In this document: piece after piece, positions 37,535-47,145 of the stretch
Position numbering within the stretch: position 1 is the first letter of the stretch
Layout: the number at the start of each line of letters is the position of its first letter
Assembly: GCA_016782885.1 (NCBI GenBank)
Contig: JADHXQ010000009.1
Location: 276-64,275 of the forward strand
Direction of reading: 5' to 3'
Length of the DNA stretch: 64,000 bases
From: Phycisphaerae bacterium
GTDB lineage: Bacteria; Planctomycetota; Phycisphaerae; SM23-33
The notes under the pieces: model-generated
Databases searched by the model: none
Told to the model about the DNA's origin: nothing
Seen by the model: the letters and a program-made list of their open reading frames with translations, nothing else
Position numbers and translations under genes: made by a program

Positions 37535-38455
37535 TCAATCTTCAAAATAGGCTGCATCTATCTTCTTTAATTCGTATGTGCGATATGTGGATACGCCCAC
37601 CCCATGTTCAATCATCAAATTAGCAAGTCTAGTGCCGTCTATCAGAACGATTTTACGCTCAATCTTTTCTATGTAGTCTTGTGCATTTTTTGAGAATGAA
37701 GAGGTCGTAATGAAAACACCCTTTCTTGCACGGAACGGTTCCATACTCCCCGCAAATGCTTGGACGTCCGGTCTACCCACAGTGTTACTCTCCCAACACT
37801 TTGCTTGAACGACAACAATATCCAGCCCAAGTTTATCTTCCTTTATAATGCCGTCTATTCCACCATCCCCGCTCTTGCCGATTGCCCTTCCGGCATCTTC
37901 AATTGAACCGCCATATCCCATAGCGACCAATAGTTCAACAACAACACGCTCAAAGAATGCGGGGGTGGAGTTCTTGAGTTGGTCTAGTAGTTCATCGGCA
38001 AGTGCAGCCGTCACAGTATCATAAGCAGATTCCATTAAATCGTCTGGGGTTGCCTCTCGCGTGTCAGTATCTTCGGAAACTGGCGGGGTATCTTCTGATG
38101 TTGCGTCTTTTTTCTTATTCCTGAATTCTATAAACGACGGATATCGTTCCAGGTATTTGAGTGTTATTTTTTCTGGCGGATCAGCGAGCAATTCCTTACC
38201 GGCAGTAGCAATCTTGAAAATGCCTCTCCGTGGTTAGTCTAGCAGTCCAGCCCTTTTCAGGTACAGCTTGGCCCATTCAGTCCGATTTCGGATTACCGTC
38301 TGACTGCTACCCTTGTTCAATCTCTCCCGTTCTTCATCCGTGAGCCCGAAGACGTTAGCAATATCTCCGATGATGTCCCGCATGGTGTACTCTTCACCGT
38401 CAGCAATCCTTCGTAGTAGTGGTAGCATCGTACTTTGGAAGTCTGGAATAGCCAT
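37535..38455 (-). pseudogene. mrr: Mrr-family restriction endonuclease interrupted by one in-frame TAA
   Basis: 38237..38455 encodes the Mrr N-terminal winged-helix domain (MAIPDFQSTMLPLLRRI...RTEWAKLYLKRAGLLD). TAA at 38234..38236 is in frame. The same frame continues PRRGIFKIATAGKELLADPPEKI... into the Mrr catalytic domain (GDGGIDGII...VVVQAKCW). The region is low in GC. Confidence 0.75.
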
Positions 38456-38758
38456 TTTTGCTCCAATAAGCCTATTTCAGCGGTGCCCGTTCCGCATCGC
38501 AAACAACCCCAATGAGGGGGCGATAATCTTTATTGTGATTGCCTGAATCCGGCTGTCAAGACGTTCGGCGGAAACAATCGGGAAGACGGGACGTTTCGTC
38601 CTGACTGCGTCCTCGCTCATCAGTGCGGCAACGACACCGCGGCGACACGCCGCGGTGTCTTTGCCGTTGCGATGCCTCCTCTGCTTCAGGTGCGACTGTG
38701 ATCCGGCTCTGATCGCGATGGGCTTGCCTAATTGGTTCTCGACAGTACAATAGCCCCC

Positions 38759-40186
38759 ATGATCACACGGACACGGACAAAAATCGTCGCGACGCTCGGT
38801 CCGGCCACTTGCGAGATCGGCGCTATCCGCCGGCTCGCCCAGGCCGGCGCCGACGTGTTCCGCATAAACTTCTCCCACGGCGATAACGAACATCGCAAGG
38901 AACTGCTCGACAATATCCGCGCAGTGGAAGCCGACATGCGGCGGCCACTGTGTATTATGGGCGACCTGTGCGGTCCGAAAATCCGCGTTCGCAAAATAAC
39001 CGGTGGAGCGGTTCTGCTGGGAGAAGGTCAGGAAATAGCAATCCAGGGGCAGGACATACTCGGTACGGCTACTCGGATATCGACCACGCTGGAGGAATTG
39101 GCCCAGCAGGTCGAGGCGGGTCAGTTAATGCTGCTGGACGATGGTAAGATACGTCTGGAGATAGTCGAAGTAATCAGCGGCGACGAAATTCTCTGTCGCG
39201 TGACCCAGGGCGGAATACTCTCTGAAAGCAAGGGAGTGAATCTCCCCGGTACGAAGTTGAAGATATCGGCCATTACCGAAAAGGACCGCGCCGACGTGGA
39301 ATGGATCGCCGCCCGCGATTTCGACTACGTGGCATTGTCGTTCGTACAGGTTGCCGATGACGTGATCGAGTTGCGACGGTTGCTGGATGCGGCTGGTTGT
39401 CATGCCGGGATAGTCGCCAAGATCGAGCGGCCCAGGGCGATAGAGAATATCGACGCCATAGTCGACGCCGCCGACGCCGTTATGGTCGCCCGCGGCGATC
39501 TCGGCGTGGAGATGGACCTCCCGGCTGTGCCGATCGCCCAAAAACGAATCGCACGCCTTTGCCGGCTCAAAGGCAAGCCATGCATCATCGCCACGCAGAT
39601 GCTCGAGAGCATGACCACCTTGCCGACGCCTACCCGCGCGGAAGTTTCCGATGTCGCAAACGCCGTACAGGACCTCGCCGACGCCGTCATGCTCTCCGGT
39701 GAGACAGCCGTTGGCCGGCACCCGTCCGCCGCGGTGAAGATGATGGACCGCATAGCGGCGGAGATGCAGTCGTATCACGATCAGGACCGGGCGATCGGTC
39801 CGATACAGGTTATCGGCGCGCCGCAGACCGTGGCTTCGCTGGCGAAGGCGGTTCAGGAGATCACCGCCACCCAGCCGATTGCCGCTATCGCGGCGTTTAC
39901 CATTACCGGGAGCACGGCGAGGATACTGTCCAAGCAGAGACCGCGGTGTCCGATTCTGGGCATCTCGCCCGAGTTGGCGGTTGTGAGGCAAATGTGCCTC
40001 TACTACGGTGTGCAGTCGATGCAGGCCGGACTGGTCGAACACACGACCGACGTGCTCGAGTTGGCCGCCAAATTCGCCATAGAGCAAGGCGTAGCCGAAC
40101 CGGGCGACAACATCATCGTTATTTCCGGACGCCCGCTTGGCAAGACGGGCGTAACAAACACGCTCGTTATTCATACCATAAGGTAG
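38759..40186 (+). CDS. pyk: pyruvate kinase
   Basis: Motifs TKIVATLGPAT, FRINFSHG, MGDLCGPKIR, MVARGDLGVEM and ATQMLESM. Start at ATG 38759. Confidence 0.9.
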   Translation: MITRTRTKIVATLGPATCEIGAIRRLAQAGADVFRINFSHGDNEHRKELLDNIRAVEADMRRPLCIMGDLCGPKIRVRKITGGAVLLGEGQEIAIQGQDILGTATRISTTLEELAQQVEAGQLMLLDDGKIRLEIVEVISGDEILCRVTQGGILSESKGVNLPGTKLKISAITEKDRADVEWIAARDFDYVALSFVQVADDVIELRRLLDAAGCHAGIVAKIERPRAIENIDAIVDAADAVMVARGDLGVEMDLPAVPIAQKRIARLCRLKGKPCIIATQMLESMTTLPTPTRAEVSDVANAVQDLADAVMLSGETAVGRHPSAAVKMMDRIAAEMQSYHDQDRAIGPIQVIGAPQTVASLAKAVQEITATQPIAAIAAFTITGSTARILSKQRPRCPILGISPELAVVRQMCLYYGVQSMQAGLVEHTTDVLELAAKFAIEQGVAEPGDNIIVISGRPLGKTGVTNTLVIHTIR

Positions 40187-40188
40187 AA

Positions 40189-43100
40189 ATGTCCGCTCAG
40201 TTACCATCAACTCGCACCCTCGGGTCCGCCCGAAAGGGAATGTCGCCCGCGGAGTATCTTCGCGTCGCCGTCACGTGCGCGCTTGTCGCGGTGCTGGTCG
40301 CGACGATTGTCACTCAGGTATTCTCCACGCTGCTGATAAACCGTGCGGCGCCGGTTGGCGAATCGAACGCCATGCGTACCCTGCAGATCGTTTCGCCGGT
40401 GCTGATAGTCGTTGGCCTGCTTTGCGGGGTTCTGGCCGGCGGGTCGATGATGTTTATGGCGTGGAAAGAAGCGTCCGCCGGCAGGTCCGCGGCGGCGAGG
40501 GTTCTGGGTATAGGCGGTGTCGCGGCGCTGGGGTCGACCGGTCCGCTGGTCACAGGCGTCTTTAACTGGCTCGATCCCGCACGGATGGGCCAGGCCGGTT
40601 CCCCTCAGTGTCAGTGGGCGGCGATATTCCTTACCGCGGCGTGGGCGGCTTGGGCCCTCAGCGGTTTTCAGGACCGTGCGCGCCGGATCGCCTCGGGACC
40701 CTGGTCTCTGGGCGCACGGAGATTCGATGACTGCATGGCGAAGGTCAGGTTATCGCGCGTGGCGGCATGTATTCCGGCGCTGGTTCTCGTGGCCGGACTG
40801 GCCGGCATGTTCGTAAGCGCCGTCGAAACGCAGTTCCACACGTTTGACGTGGCCGAGAGGATAACGGCGTTTGAAGCCAGGTATCATATCGCGAAAGTCG
40901 ACTGGGTGACTGACGTGGACGTCCTGCCGGTCAGCGACTATTGGCGGGTGAGCCTGTCGGCGGCGTGGCTGGTCGGCGCCGCCCACGGACTGGCGTTGGC
41001 GGTCGTCGGGCTGGTCGTCTTCGGCGCCTTGGGGTGGTGTCGCAAACGCTGCAAGAGTCCCGGTCTCGGCGCCAATCTGCTGGGCCTGGCAGGCGGTATT
41101 TACGTATTCGCCTACGCTCGCCACGGGCTGGCGTGGGTCTTCGAGGATGAGGTCATCGCGCTGGGGATGTTCACGCTGGCCAATTGCGGTATGGCGATTC
41201 TGGGCATCATTTACGGTTCCCTGTTGGCATGGAACATTATCGAACTGTGCAGCCGCGACGATCGCCCCAGGGACGGTAAAGATATGATGCGTGTGATTCT
41301 CCTGTCGGGGATCCTGCTGGCGACGGGCCCAGCCGCCCGCCTGGGCAGGCGCGGTTGCGCGGTCGTTCGCGCCCTGGTCGCCGCGGGCCTGCTGGTCTGG
41401 AGTGCTATAGCGGTAGCGATCGGCGGAGGGCCCTGGGAGCGGCTCGTCCTGCCGGGGAGATACTGGCAGTTGGCGCTGACGGTCGGAGTCGTCGCGGCCT
41501 TTGAATGCATAGTCCGCGCGTGGCGGAAGTTGCATGTCCGCCGGTCGGTTCTTGGCGACATCTCAGCGATCTTCGCCGCCTGCACCGTCGCCGCGGTCAT
41601 AATAGCCGTCATGTTCCACGAGAGCTTCCCGCAGACCGAAGACCACACGACGCGGGTGGCGGTCTTCCTGGCGCTGGTGATAACGCTTGTGGCGGCGTAT
41701 TCAGGTTGCCTGCTGTTCCCGCCGCGGAGCCGCGCCTGGTATCTGCGGGCGGCCGTAATCGCCGTGCTGATGGCGTTTGGCGTTACATCGATGGTCTCGG
41801 CAATGACGCCCACCAAGGACCACTCGACGATTCGCAACATGATGTACGAGCATTCGGCGGTCTCCAAGAATAACCTCGAATGCTGGCGGAGAGTCTACGG
41901 GACCGGATGGGAAATGCCCCCGCCCCTGGCGCCGGTGACCACTCCGCCCGACGCGCCGCTCGATTCGCCCATACTCGATGCCTTCCGCAAAGACAGACCG
42001 CTGGTGATATTCCTCATCTGGGACGCCTGCCGCCCGGACCACATGAGCTTCTACGGTTACGGCAGGAAGACCACGCCGCGGATCGATGCAATGAAGACCG
42101 ACAACCGCCTGGTATGGTTCGACAACGCCTTTTCGCAGGCTACGGCTACGAGCTGCTCGATGAGGCATGTATTCACGGGCAGGTACTCGTCGCGATACAT
42201 GCTCAAGAAGACCGGAATAGGCCCGTTCTTCACCAACGAAATGCTCGCCGGCGGGTATCATACGATGCACCTGAACGTTATCGGTTCGGACTTCAACGGG
42301 ATATCGGAAGTGGCCTTCCTGCGCGACATGCCCGAGGACCTGCAGATCCGCGTGAAGGTCACGCAGACCGGCGAGCGCCTGAAAGACGTCCTCAACCAGG
42401 GCGACCTGCAGCAGTGGATGTCGCGCGTCAAGAAAATGCGGGCCCAGGCCGGGGGCGTCAAGCCCGACCGGCGCGTGATCTGCTATGGTGAACAGGAGCC
42501 CGTGCAGAAGGTCAGTATGCTGCTGGACTATCTGGACAACAACCAGACCGCGGGCACGTTCGCATACGTGCATATGACCGATTCGCATTATCCCTGGAAG
42601 CGATATGACGAAACATCCGAGTGGGGCGACAGCCACGAAGGCCTCTACGATGGCGCCATAGCACACTGCGACCGGGTCACCGGGCGGCTCTTCGACGGGC
42701 TGAAAGCCAGAGGCCTGATGGACAAGACGATCGTGATCATCGCCGCCGACCACGGTACGGGACTCGGCGATCACGGTAAGTACGCCGGTTTTCACCCGTA
42801 CTACGAGCAGATACACGTACCGCTGATCATGCATGTACCGGGCGTCAAGGGCAAGCGGATCAGTTCGCTGGTCGGACTGTTCGACATCGCGCCGATGATG
42901 GTGAATCTGGCGGCGCCCGATCGTCTCGAGGCGAGGGACTACGACGCGATGGACCTCTGGCCGCTGATCCTGCGCGGCGAGCGGACCGCGGCGCGCGTGA
43001 TATTCGGTCTGAACTCATTTGAAGACTGCTACTACCGGGTCGGTACCGACTCGCTGCACTACATCTGGCGCAGGGCGCGCGGATACGACGACCTGTTCAA

Positions 43101-43260
43101 TTACGTAAAAGACCCCCGCGAGAGGACCAGGAAACTCCTGGAAGACACCGAAACCGTCAACAGATGCCGCGCCGAAATGTCATGGTTCCTCCTGCAGGGC
43201 GAGGGCAGATACCTCGACCCGCTCCACTATCGGATTGAGGATCCGCCCGACAGGCACTGA
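40189..43260 (+). CDS. polytopic membrane protein with C-terminal sulfatase/alkaline-phosphatase-superfamily domain (LTA-synthase-like)
   Basis: Start set at ATG 40189, 3 nt after the pyk stop; the upstream 81 aa of the ORF track overlap pyk. About 560 aa of TM segments are followed by VIFLIWDACRPDHMSFYGYGRKTTPRID and IIAADHGTGLGDHGK. No canonical C/S-x-P-x-R formylglycine motif is present. Confidence 0.7.
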   Translation: MSAQLPSTRTLGSARKGMSPAEYLRVAVTCALVAVLVATIVTQVFSTLLINRAAPVGESNAMRTLQIVSPVLIVVGLLCGVLAGGSMMFMAWKEASAGRSAAARVLGIGGVAALGSTGPLVTGVFNWLDPARMGQAGSPQCQWAAIFLTAAWAAWALSGFQDRARRIASGPWSLGARRFDDCMAKVRLSRVAACIPALVLVAGLAGMFVSAVETQFHTFDVAERITAFEARYHIAKVDWVTDVDVLPVSDYWRVSLSAAWLVGAAHGLALAVVGLVVFGALGWCRKRCKSPGLGANLLGLAGGIYVFAYARHGLAWVFEDEVIALGMFTLANCGMAILGIIYGSLLAWNIIELCSRDDRPRDGKDMMRVILLSGILLATGPAARLGRRGCAVVRALVAAGLLVWSAIAVAIGGGPWERLVLPGRYWQLALTVGVVAAFECIVRAWRKLHVRRSVLGDISAIFAACTVAAVIIAVMFHESFPQTEDHTTRVAVFLALVITLVAAYSGCLLFPPRSRAWYLRAAVIAVLMAFGVTSMVSAMTPTKDHSTIRNMMYEHSAVSKNNLECWRRVYGTGWEMPPPLAPVTTPPDAPLDSPILDAFRKDRPLVIFLIWDACRPDHMSFYGYGRKTTPRIDAMKTDNRLVWFDNAFSQATATSCSMRHVFTGRYSSRYMLKKTGIGPFFTNEMLAGGYHTMHLNVIGSDFNGISEVAFLRDMPEDLQIRVKVTQTGERLKDVLNQGDLQQWMSRVKKMRAQAGGVKPDRRVICYGEQEPVQKVSMLLDYLDNNQTAGTFAYVHMTDSHYPWKRYDETSEWGDSHEGLYDGAIAHCDRVTGRLFDGLKARGLMDKTIVIIAADHGTGLGDHGKYAGFHPYYEQIHVPLIMHVPGVKGKRISSLVGLFDIAPMMVNLAAPDRLEARDYDAMDLWPLILRGERTAARVIFGLNSFEDCYYRVGTDSLHYIWRRARGYDDLFNYVKDPRERTRKLLEDTETVNRCRAEMSWFLLQGEGRYLDPLHYRIEDPPDRH

Positions 43261-43266
43261 CAATGT

Positions 43267-43287
43267 GGCAACCGGCAACCGGCAAAG
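43267..43287. repeat. tandem heptamer GGCAACC x2 + GGCAAAG
   Basis: Begins 7 nt after the stop codon at 43260. Confidence 0.85.
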
Positions 43288-43435
43288 GCGAGAAACAAGT
43301 CAACGTCGCTTCGCCCAAGGCGGAATTATTGCCAATTGCGCCCCTATGATGGATAATTCGGGATGGTGTTGATTATTTCCGGCGGTGGCGCGGGATCGTG
43401 CCGCGGCCGAATGCGATTATTCAGGGAAGGTGATC

Positions 43436-44260
43436 ATGGATACGCTATTGTCGATATTGAACTGGTTGTTACCGCTGGTTTACCTGGCGTTGGCGATTGA
43501 CTACGGCGCCACGTTTATCCTGCGCAACAGGACGCACGATCGCAATCCCGGGGTTATCCTGGCGATCGTGTTTCACGGGGCGTTTCTGGTGCTCTGGGGC
43601 GTTCGTTTCGGCGGTCTGCCGCTGGTCAGCAACTACGAGATTCTCTCGGTGGTGGCGGTGTCTTCGGCGGCGGTATACTGGGCGATCGAACTTGTCACTC
43701 GCGACCGCCGCGCGGGCGTGTTCGTGTTTCTGCTGATATTCCTGCTGCAGTACACGTCATCAGCGTCCCTGTCGGTCATGATCGCCCACGCGGGCGATTC
43801 GGGCCACATGCAGGCCGGCCTGGGGCGCCTTCATGTCCTGCCGGCGGTTTTGGCTTACACGGCTCTCGCGTTTGGGGCGGTCTATGCGACCCTCTATCTC
43901 GTGGGGCAGCGGAACATGAAGCACCATAATTTCGGGCTGCTGTTCGACCGCCTTCCTCCACTGGACCTGCTGGGCAGGATGAGCTTCCAATCGATGCAGG
44001 TCGGATTTGCCTTCATGACCATTACGATCATCACGGGCGGCGTGCTGTTCCACCGTTTCGGATCGGGCGGCGGCGCCATGCCGATCGACCCGAAACTGCT
44101 GGCGAAGATCGTTATTGGCTCGGCGGCATGGATTATCTTTGCGATGGACGTGTTTGGGAAATACATCCTGAAGTGGTCGGTATCGAGAGTCTCGGCCATT
44201 ACGTTGGCCGGCTTCCTGATAATCGCCGTACTGTTCGTTACAAGCCTGGCGCTGTCCTGA
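43436..44260 (+). CDS. cytochrome c assembly family membrane protein (CcsA/HemX-like)
   Basis: Eight hydrophobic spans. It sits directly upstream of hemA, as hemX does in hemAX-type clusters. ATG 43436 follows GGGAAGG. Confidence 0.6.
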   Translation: MDTLLSILNWLLPLVYLALAIDYGATFILRNRTHDRNPGVILAIVFHGAFLVLWGVRFGGLPLVSNYEILSVVAVSSAAVYWAIELVTRDRRAGVFVFLLIFLLQYTSSASLSVMIAHAGDSGHMQAGLGRLHVLPAVLAYTALAFGAVYATLYLVGQRNMKHHNFGLLFDRLPPLDLLGRMSFQSMQVGFAFMTITIITGGVLFHRFGSGGGAMPIDPKLLAKIVIGSAAWIIFAMDVFGKYILKWSVSRVSAITLAGFLIIAVLFVTSLALS

Positions 44261-44302
44261 TTCCGGAGATCCATCACCGGAACGTTTTTTATCTGGTTAC
44301 CC

Positions 44303-45622
44303 ATGAAACTCTCCGTAATAGGAATAAGCCATCGCACGGCGCCCGTTGAGGTTCGCGAGAGATACGCCCTGACAGGCGACCTTGCCGGGCGGTTCCTGCG
44401 CGCCGCGCACCTGGAAAATGTGTTCGAGGAGGCGATGGTCCTGGACACCTGCAACCGCACCGAGTTGTACTTTGTGCCGACTGGCGCGGGCGACTGCATG
44501 GACTCTTTTTTAGGGCACGTCGCCAAACTCAAGGGCCTGTCCGGCGATGTGGACAAATCCGTTTTCTACCGCCACGACTCCCAGGCCGCGGTCGAGCACC
44601 TGTTCGGCGTGGCCGCGGCGCTGGATTCGCAGATCGTCGGCGAACATCAGGTGCTCGGGCAGCTCAAAGACGCCTACCGGCTGGCCGCCGAGCAGCGCAC
44701 CGCTCGATTCCTGCTTGGCAGGCTGATGCACCGGGCGTTTCGCGTCGGTAAGCGAACGCGGAGCGAAACCGAGCTTGGACGCGGTTCGGTAAGCGTTGCC
44801 AGCGCCGCGGCGGATCTTGCGGCCCAGATATTCTCCGACATGGGCGGAAGGACCGTACTCATGGTCGGAGCGGGCCAGACGGCCGAAGCGGCTGCACGGA
44901 GCCTGATCTCCGCGGGCGTCAGGCGCGTAGTGATCGCCAACCGAACGCTCTCGCGGGCCGAAGAGTTAACCCGCGAACTGACCGGCGCGAACGCCCGGGC
45001 GATTGAACTGGACCGGGCAGGCGAGGTTATCGGCGATACCGACATAGTGATCTGCTCCACCGGATCGTCCGAGCCAGTGCTGACTTACGACGCCCTCGGG
45101 GATATTATATCCCGTCGCGGCAAGCTGCTTTGCATCGTCGACCTTGCCGTTCCCCGCGACGTCGACCCCAAACTCGGCGACCTGCCTAACGTGTTCCTCC
45201 ACAACATCAACGATCTCGACAGAGTCGTCGCCCGCAATATCGAACGCCGGCGCCAGGACATCCCACGGGCGAAAGCAATAGTCGAATTCGAAGTCGGTGA
45301 ATTCGTAAAATGGTACGATTCTCTCCAGGCCGCCTCTACAATAAAACTGCTCAACCGGCGTTTCGAGCTGCTCCGCCAGGCCGAGATCGAACGGTATGGC
45401 GGAAAGTTCAGCGACTCCGACCGCGAGCAGCTCCAGCGCTTCACCGAGAGCCTGTGCAAAAAGATATTACACCGGCCAATAGCGTTTCTGCGCGGGCTGG
45501 CCCAGGACGCTTCGGTCAGCGATCAACTGCTGGCCGTGGAAACCATCCGCCGAATGTATGAACTGGACGAGATTGAGGCCGAACAGAACGGCCGGGGCGA
45601 TGATTTGGAGAACGATGAGTGA
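44303..45622 (+). CDS. hemA: glutamyl-tRNA reductase
   Basis: MKLSVIGISHRTAPVEVRE, VLDTCNRTELY (catalytic Cys) and MVGAGQTAE (NADPH site). Confidence 0.9.
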   Translation: MKLSVIGISHRTAPVEVRERYALTGDLAGRFLRAAHLENVFEEAMVLDTCNRTELYFVPTGAGDCMDSFLGHVAKLKGLSGDVDKSVFYRHDSQAAVEHLFGVAAALDSQIVGEHQVLGQLKDAYRLAAEQRTARFLLGRLMHRAFRVGKRTRSETELGRGSVSVASAAADLAAQIFSDMGGRTVLMVGAGQTAEAAARSLISAGVRRVVIANRTLSRAEELTRELTGANARAIELDRAGEVIGDTDIVICSTGSSEPVLTYDALGDIISRRGKLLCIVDLAVPRDVDPKLGDLPNVFLHNINDLDRVVARNIERRRQDIPRAKAIVEFEVGEFVKWYDSLQAASTIKLLNRRFELLRQAEIERYGGKFSDSDREQLQRFTESLCKKILHRPIAFLRGLAQDASVSDQLLAVETIRRMYELDEIEAEQNGRGDDLENDE

Positions 45623-47145
45623 GTAATGGATGTGTATATCTCGTCGGCGCCGGACCGGGCGATCCGGGACTGATGACCGTTCGGGGCAGAGACCTGCTGA
45701 GGCGCGCCGATGCGGTGGTCTACGATAACCTCGCGGCGCGGCGGCTTCTTGACGAAGCGCCGCCCCAGGCCGAGATGATCTACGTCGGAAAGCAGGCTTC
45801 TGCACACACCCTCAGGCAGGAAGAGATCAACGAGCTGCTGGTGCGTCTCGGCCGGGAGGGCAGGCAGGTCGTCCGTCTCAAGGGCGGTGACCCGTTTGTC
45901 TTCGGGCGGGGCGGGGAGGAGGCCTTGGCGCTGGTCGAAGCGGGCGTAAGGTTCGAGATCGTGCCCGGAATTACCGCGGGCGTCGCCGCCCCGGCGTATG
46001 CGGGCATTCCCGTAACGCACCGCGGCGTGACCAGCAGTATCGCTCTTATCACCGGGCACGAAACGCCTGACAAGGACGAATCCGATCTGGATTATGCGGC
46101 GCTGGCGAACTGGCCGGGGACGCTTGTGTTTTACATGGGCGTCAAGAATCTTCCGAAGATCGCCGCATCTCTGATGGAACACGGTATGGACCCCGCCACG
46201 CCGGCGGCGCTGGTCAGGTGGGGCACGACGGCGAGGCAGGAAACCGTTACCGGTACGCTGAGCGACATTACCGAAGTAGCCGCCCGCGCCGGGATCAAAC
46301 CGCCGTCGCTGATCGTTGTCGGGCACGTCGTGGCGTTGCGCCAGAGCATCAGTTGGTTCGAGGGGCGCCCGCTGTTCGGAAAGCGGATCGTGGTTACCCG
46401 CGCCAGGCTTCAGGCTTCGAGAGTCGCCCGCCAGCTCGAAGACCTCGGCGCCGAAGTAATCGAATTGCCCGCGATACGCATAGAACCGCCCGCCGATACC
46501 GCTCCGCTCGACGCCGCGGCGGCGGACGTCTCCTCATGCGACTGGGTCATCTTCACCAGCGCAAATGGCGTGGACGCATTTTTCGACGCCCTCCAGCGAG
46601 CCGGTCTCGACAGCCGCGCGCTGGGCGGCGTGCGGATATGCGTGATCGGACCGGGCACGGCCGAACGTCTGGGGCGATTCGGCCTGAAACCCGACGCCCA
46701 GCCGCAAAGCTACAAGAGCGCCGACATCTCGCGAACGCTGGCGGGTATCGAGGACCTGGGCGGCAAGAAGATACTCTGCCCCCGCGCCGACATCGCGCCG
46801 AAGGACCTCATCGTGGACCTCCAGTCGCTCGGTGCGGACGTAACCGACCTGGCCGCCTACCGCACCGTTGGCGAAACGCCCGAACCCGAGCTGCTCGACG
46901 AACTCTTCGCCGGCGGCGGACCGGACTGGATCACCTTCACCAGCTCGTCGACCGTGACGAACTTCGTCAACGCCGTCGGGCTCGACCGCCTGCGCGGTTC
47001 GGACGCATCGCTGGCGAGCATCGGGCCGACCACCTCCGCCACGATGCGCGGCCTCGGCCTGGAAGTCGATGTTGAAGCGGCTGCGCACACCATACCCGGG
47101 CTCGTCGACGCGATACTCGAAGCCCAACCGCCCCGAGAACAGTGA
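45619..47145 (+). CDS. cobA-hemD: uroporphyrinogen-III C-methyltransferase / uroporphyrinogen-III synthase fusion
   Basis: N-terminal SUMT motifs VYLVGAGPGDPGLMT and VVRLKGGDPFVFGRGGEE. The C-terminal half is HemD-like (GKRIVVTRA...). The GTG start overlaps the hemA stop (GTGA). Confidence 0.85.
   Translation: MSNGCVYLVGAGPGDPGLMTVRGRDLLRRADAVVYDNLAARRLLDEAPPQAEMIYVGKQASAHTLRQEEINELLVRLGREGRQVVRLKGGDPFVFGRGGEEALALVEAGVRFEIVPGITAGVAAPAYAGIPVTHRGVTSSIALITGHETPDKDESDLDYAALANWPGTLVFYMGVKNLPKIAASLMEHGMDPATPAALVRWGTTARQETVTGTLSDITEVAARAGIKPPSLIVVGHVVALRQSISWFEGRPLFGKRIVVTRARLQASRVARQLEDLGAEVIELPAIRIEPPADTAPLDAAAADVSSCDWVIFTSANGVDAFFDALQRAGLDSRALGGVRICVIGPGTAERLGRFGLKPDAQPQSYKSADISRTLAGIEDLGGKKILCPRADIAPKDLIVDLQSLGADVTDLAAYRTVGETPEPELLDELFAGGGPDWITFTSSSTVTNFVNAVGLDRLRGSDASLASIGPTTSATMRGLGLEVDVEAAAHTIPGLVDAILEAQPPREQ

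Noticed and set aside
39946-40188. 81-aa upstream extension of the sulfatase-like membrane protein ORF.
   Set aside because: It overlaps the 3' end of pyk in another frame and is Arg-rich. ATG 40189, directly after the pyk stop, begins a normal cytoplasmic N-terminus followed by a TM helix.
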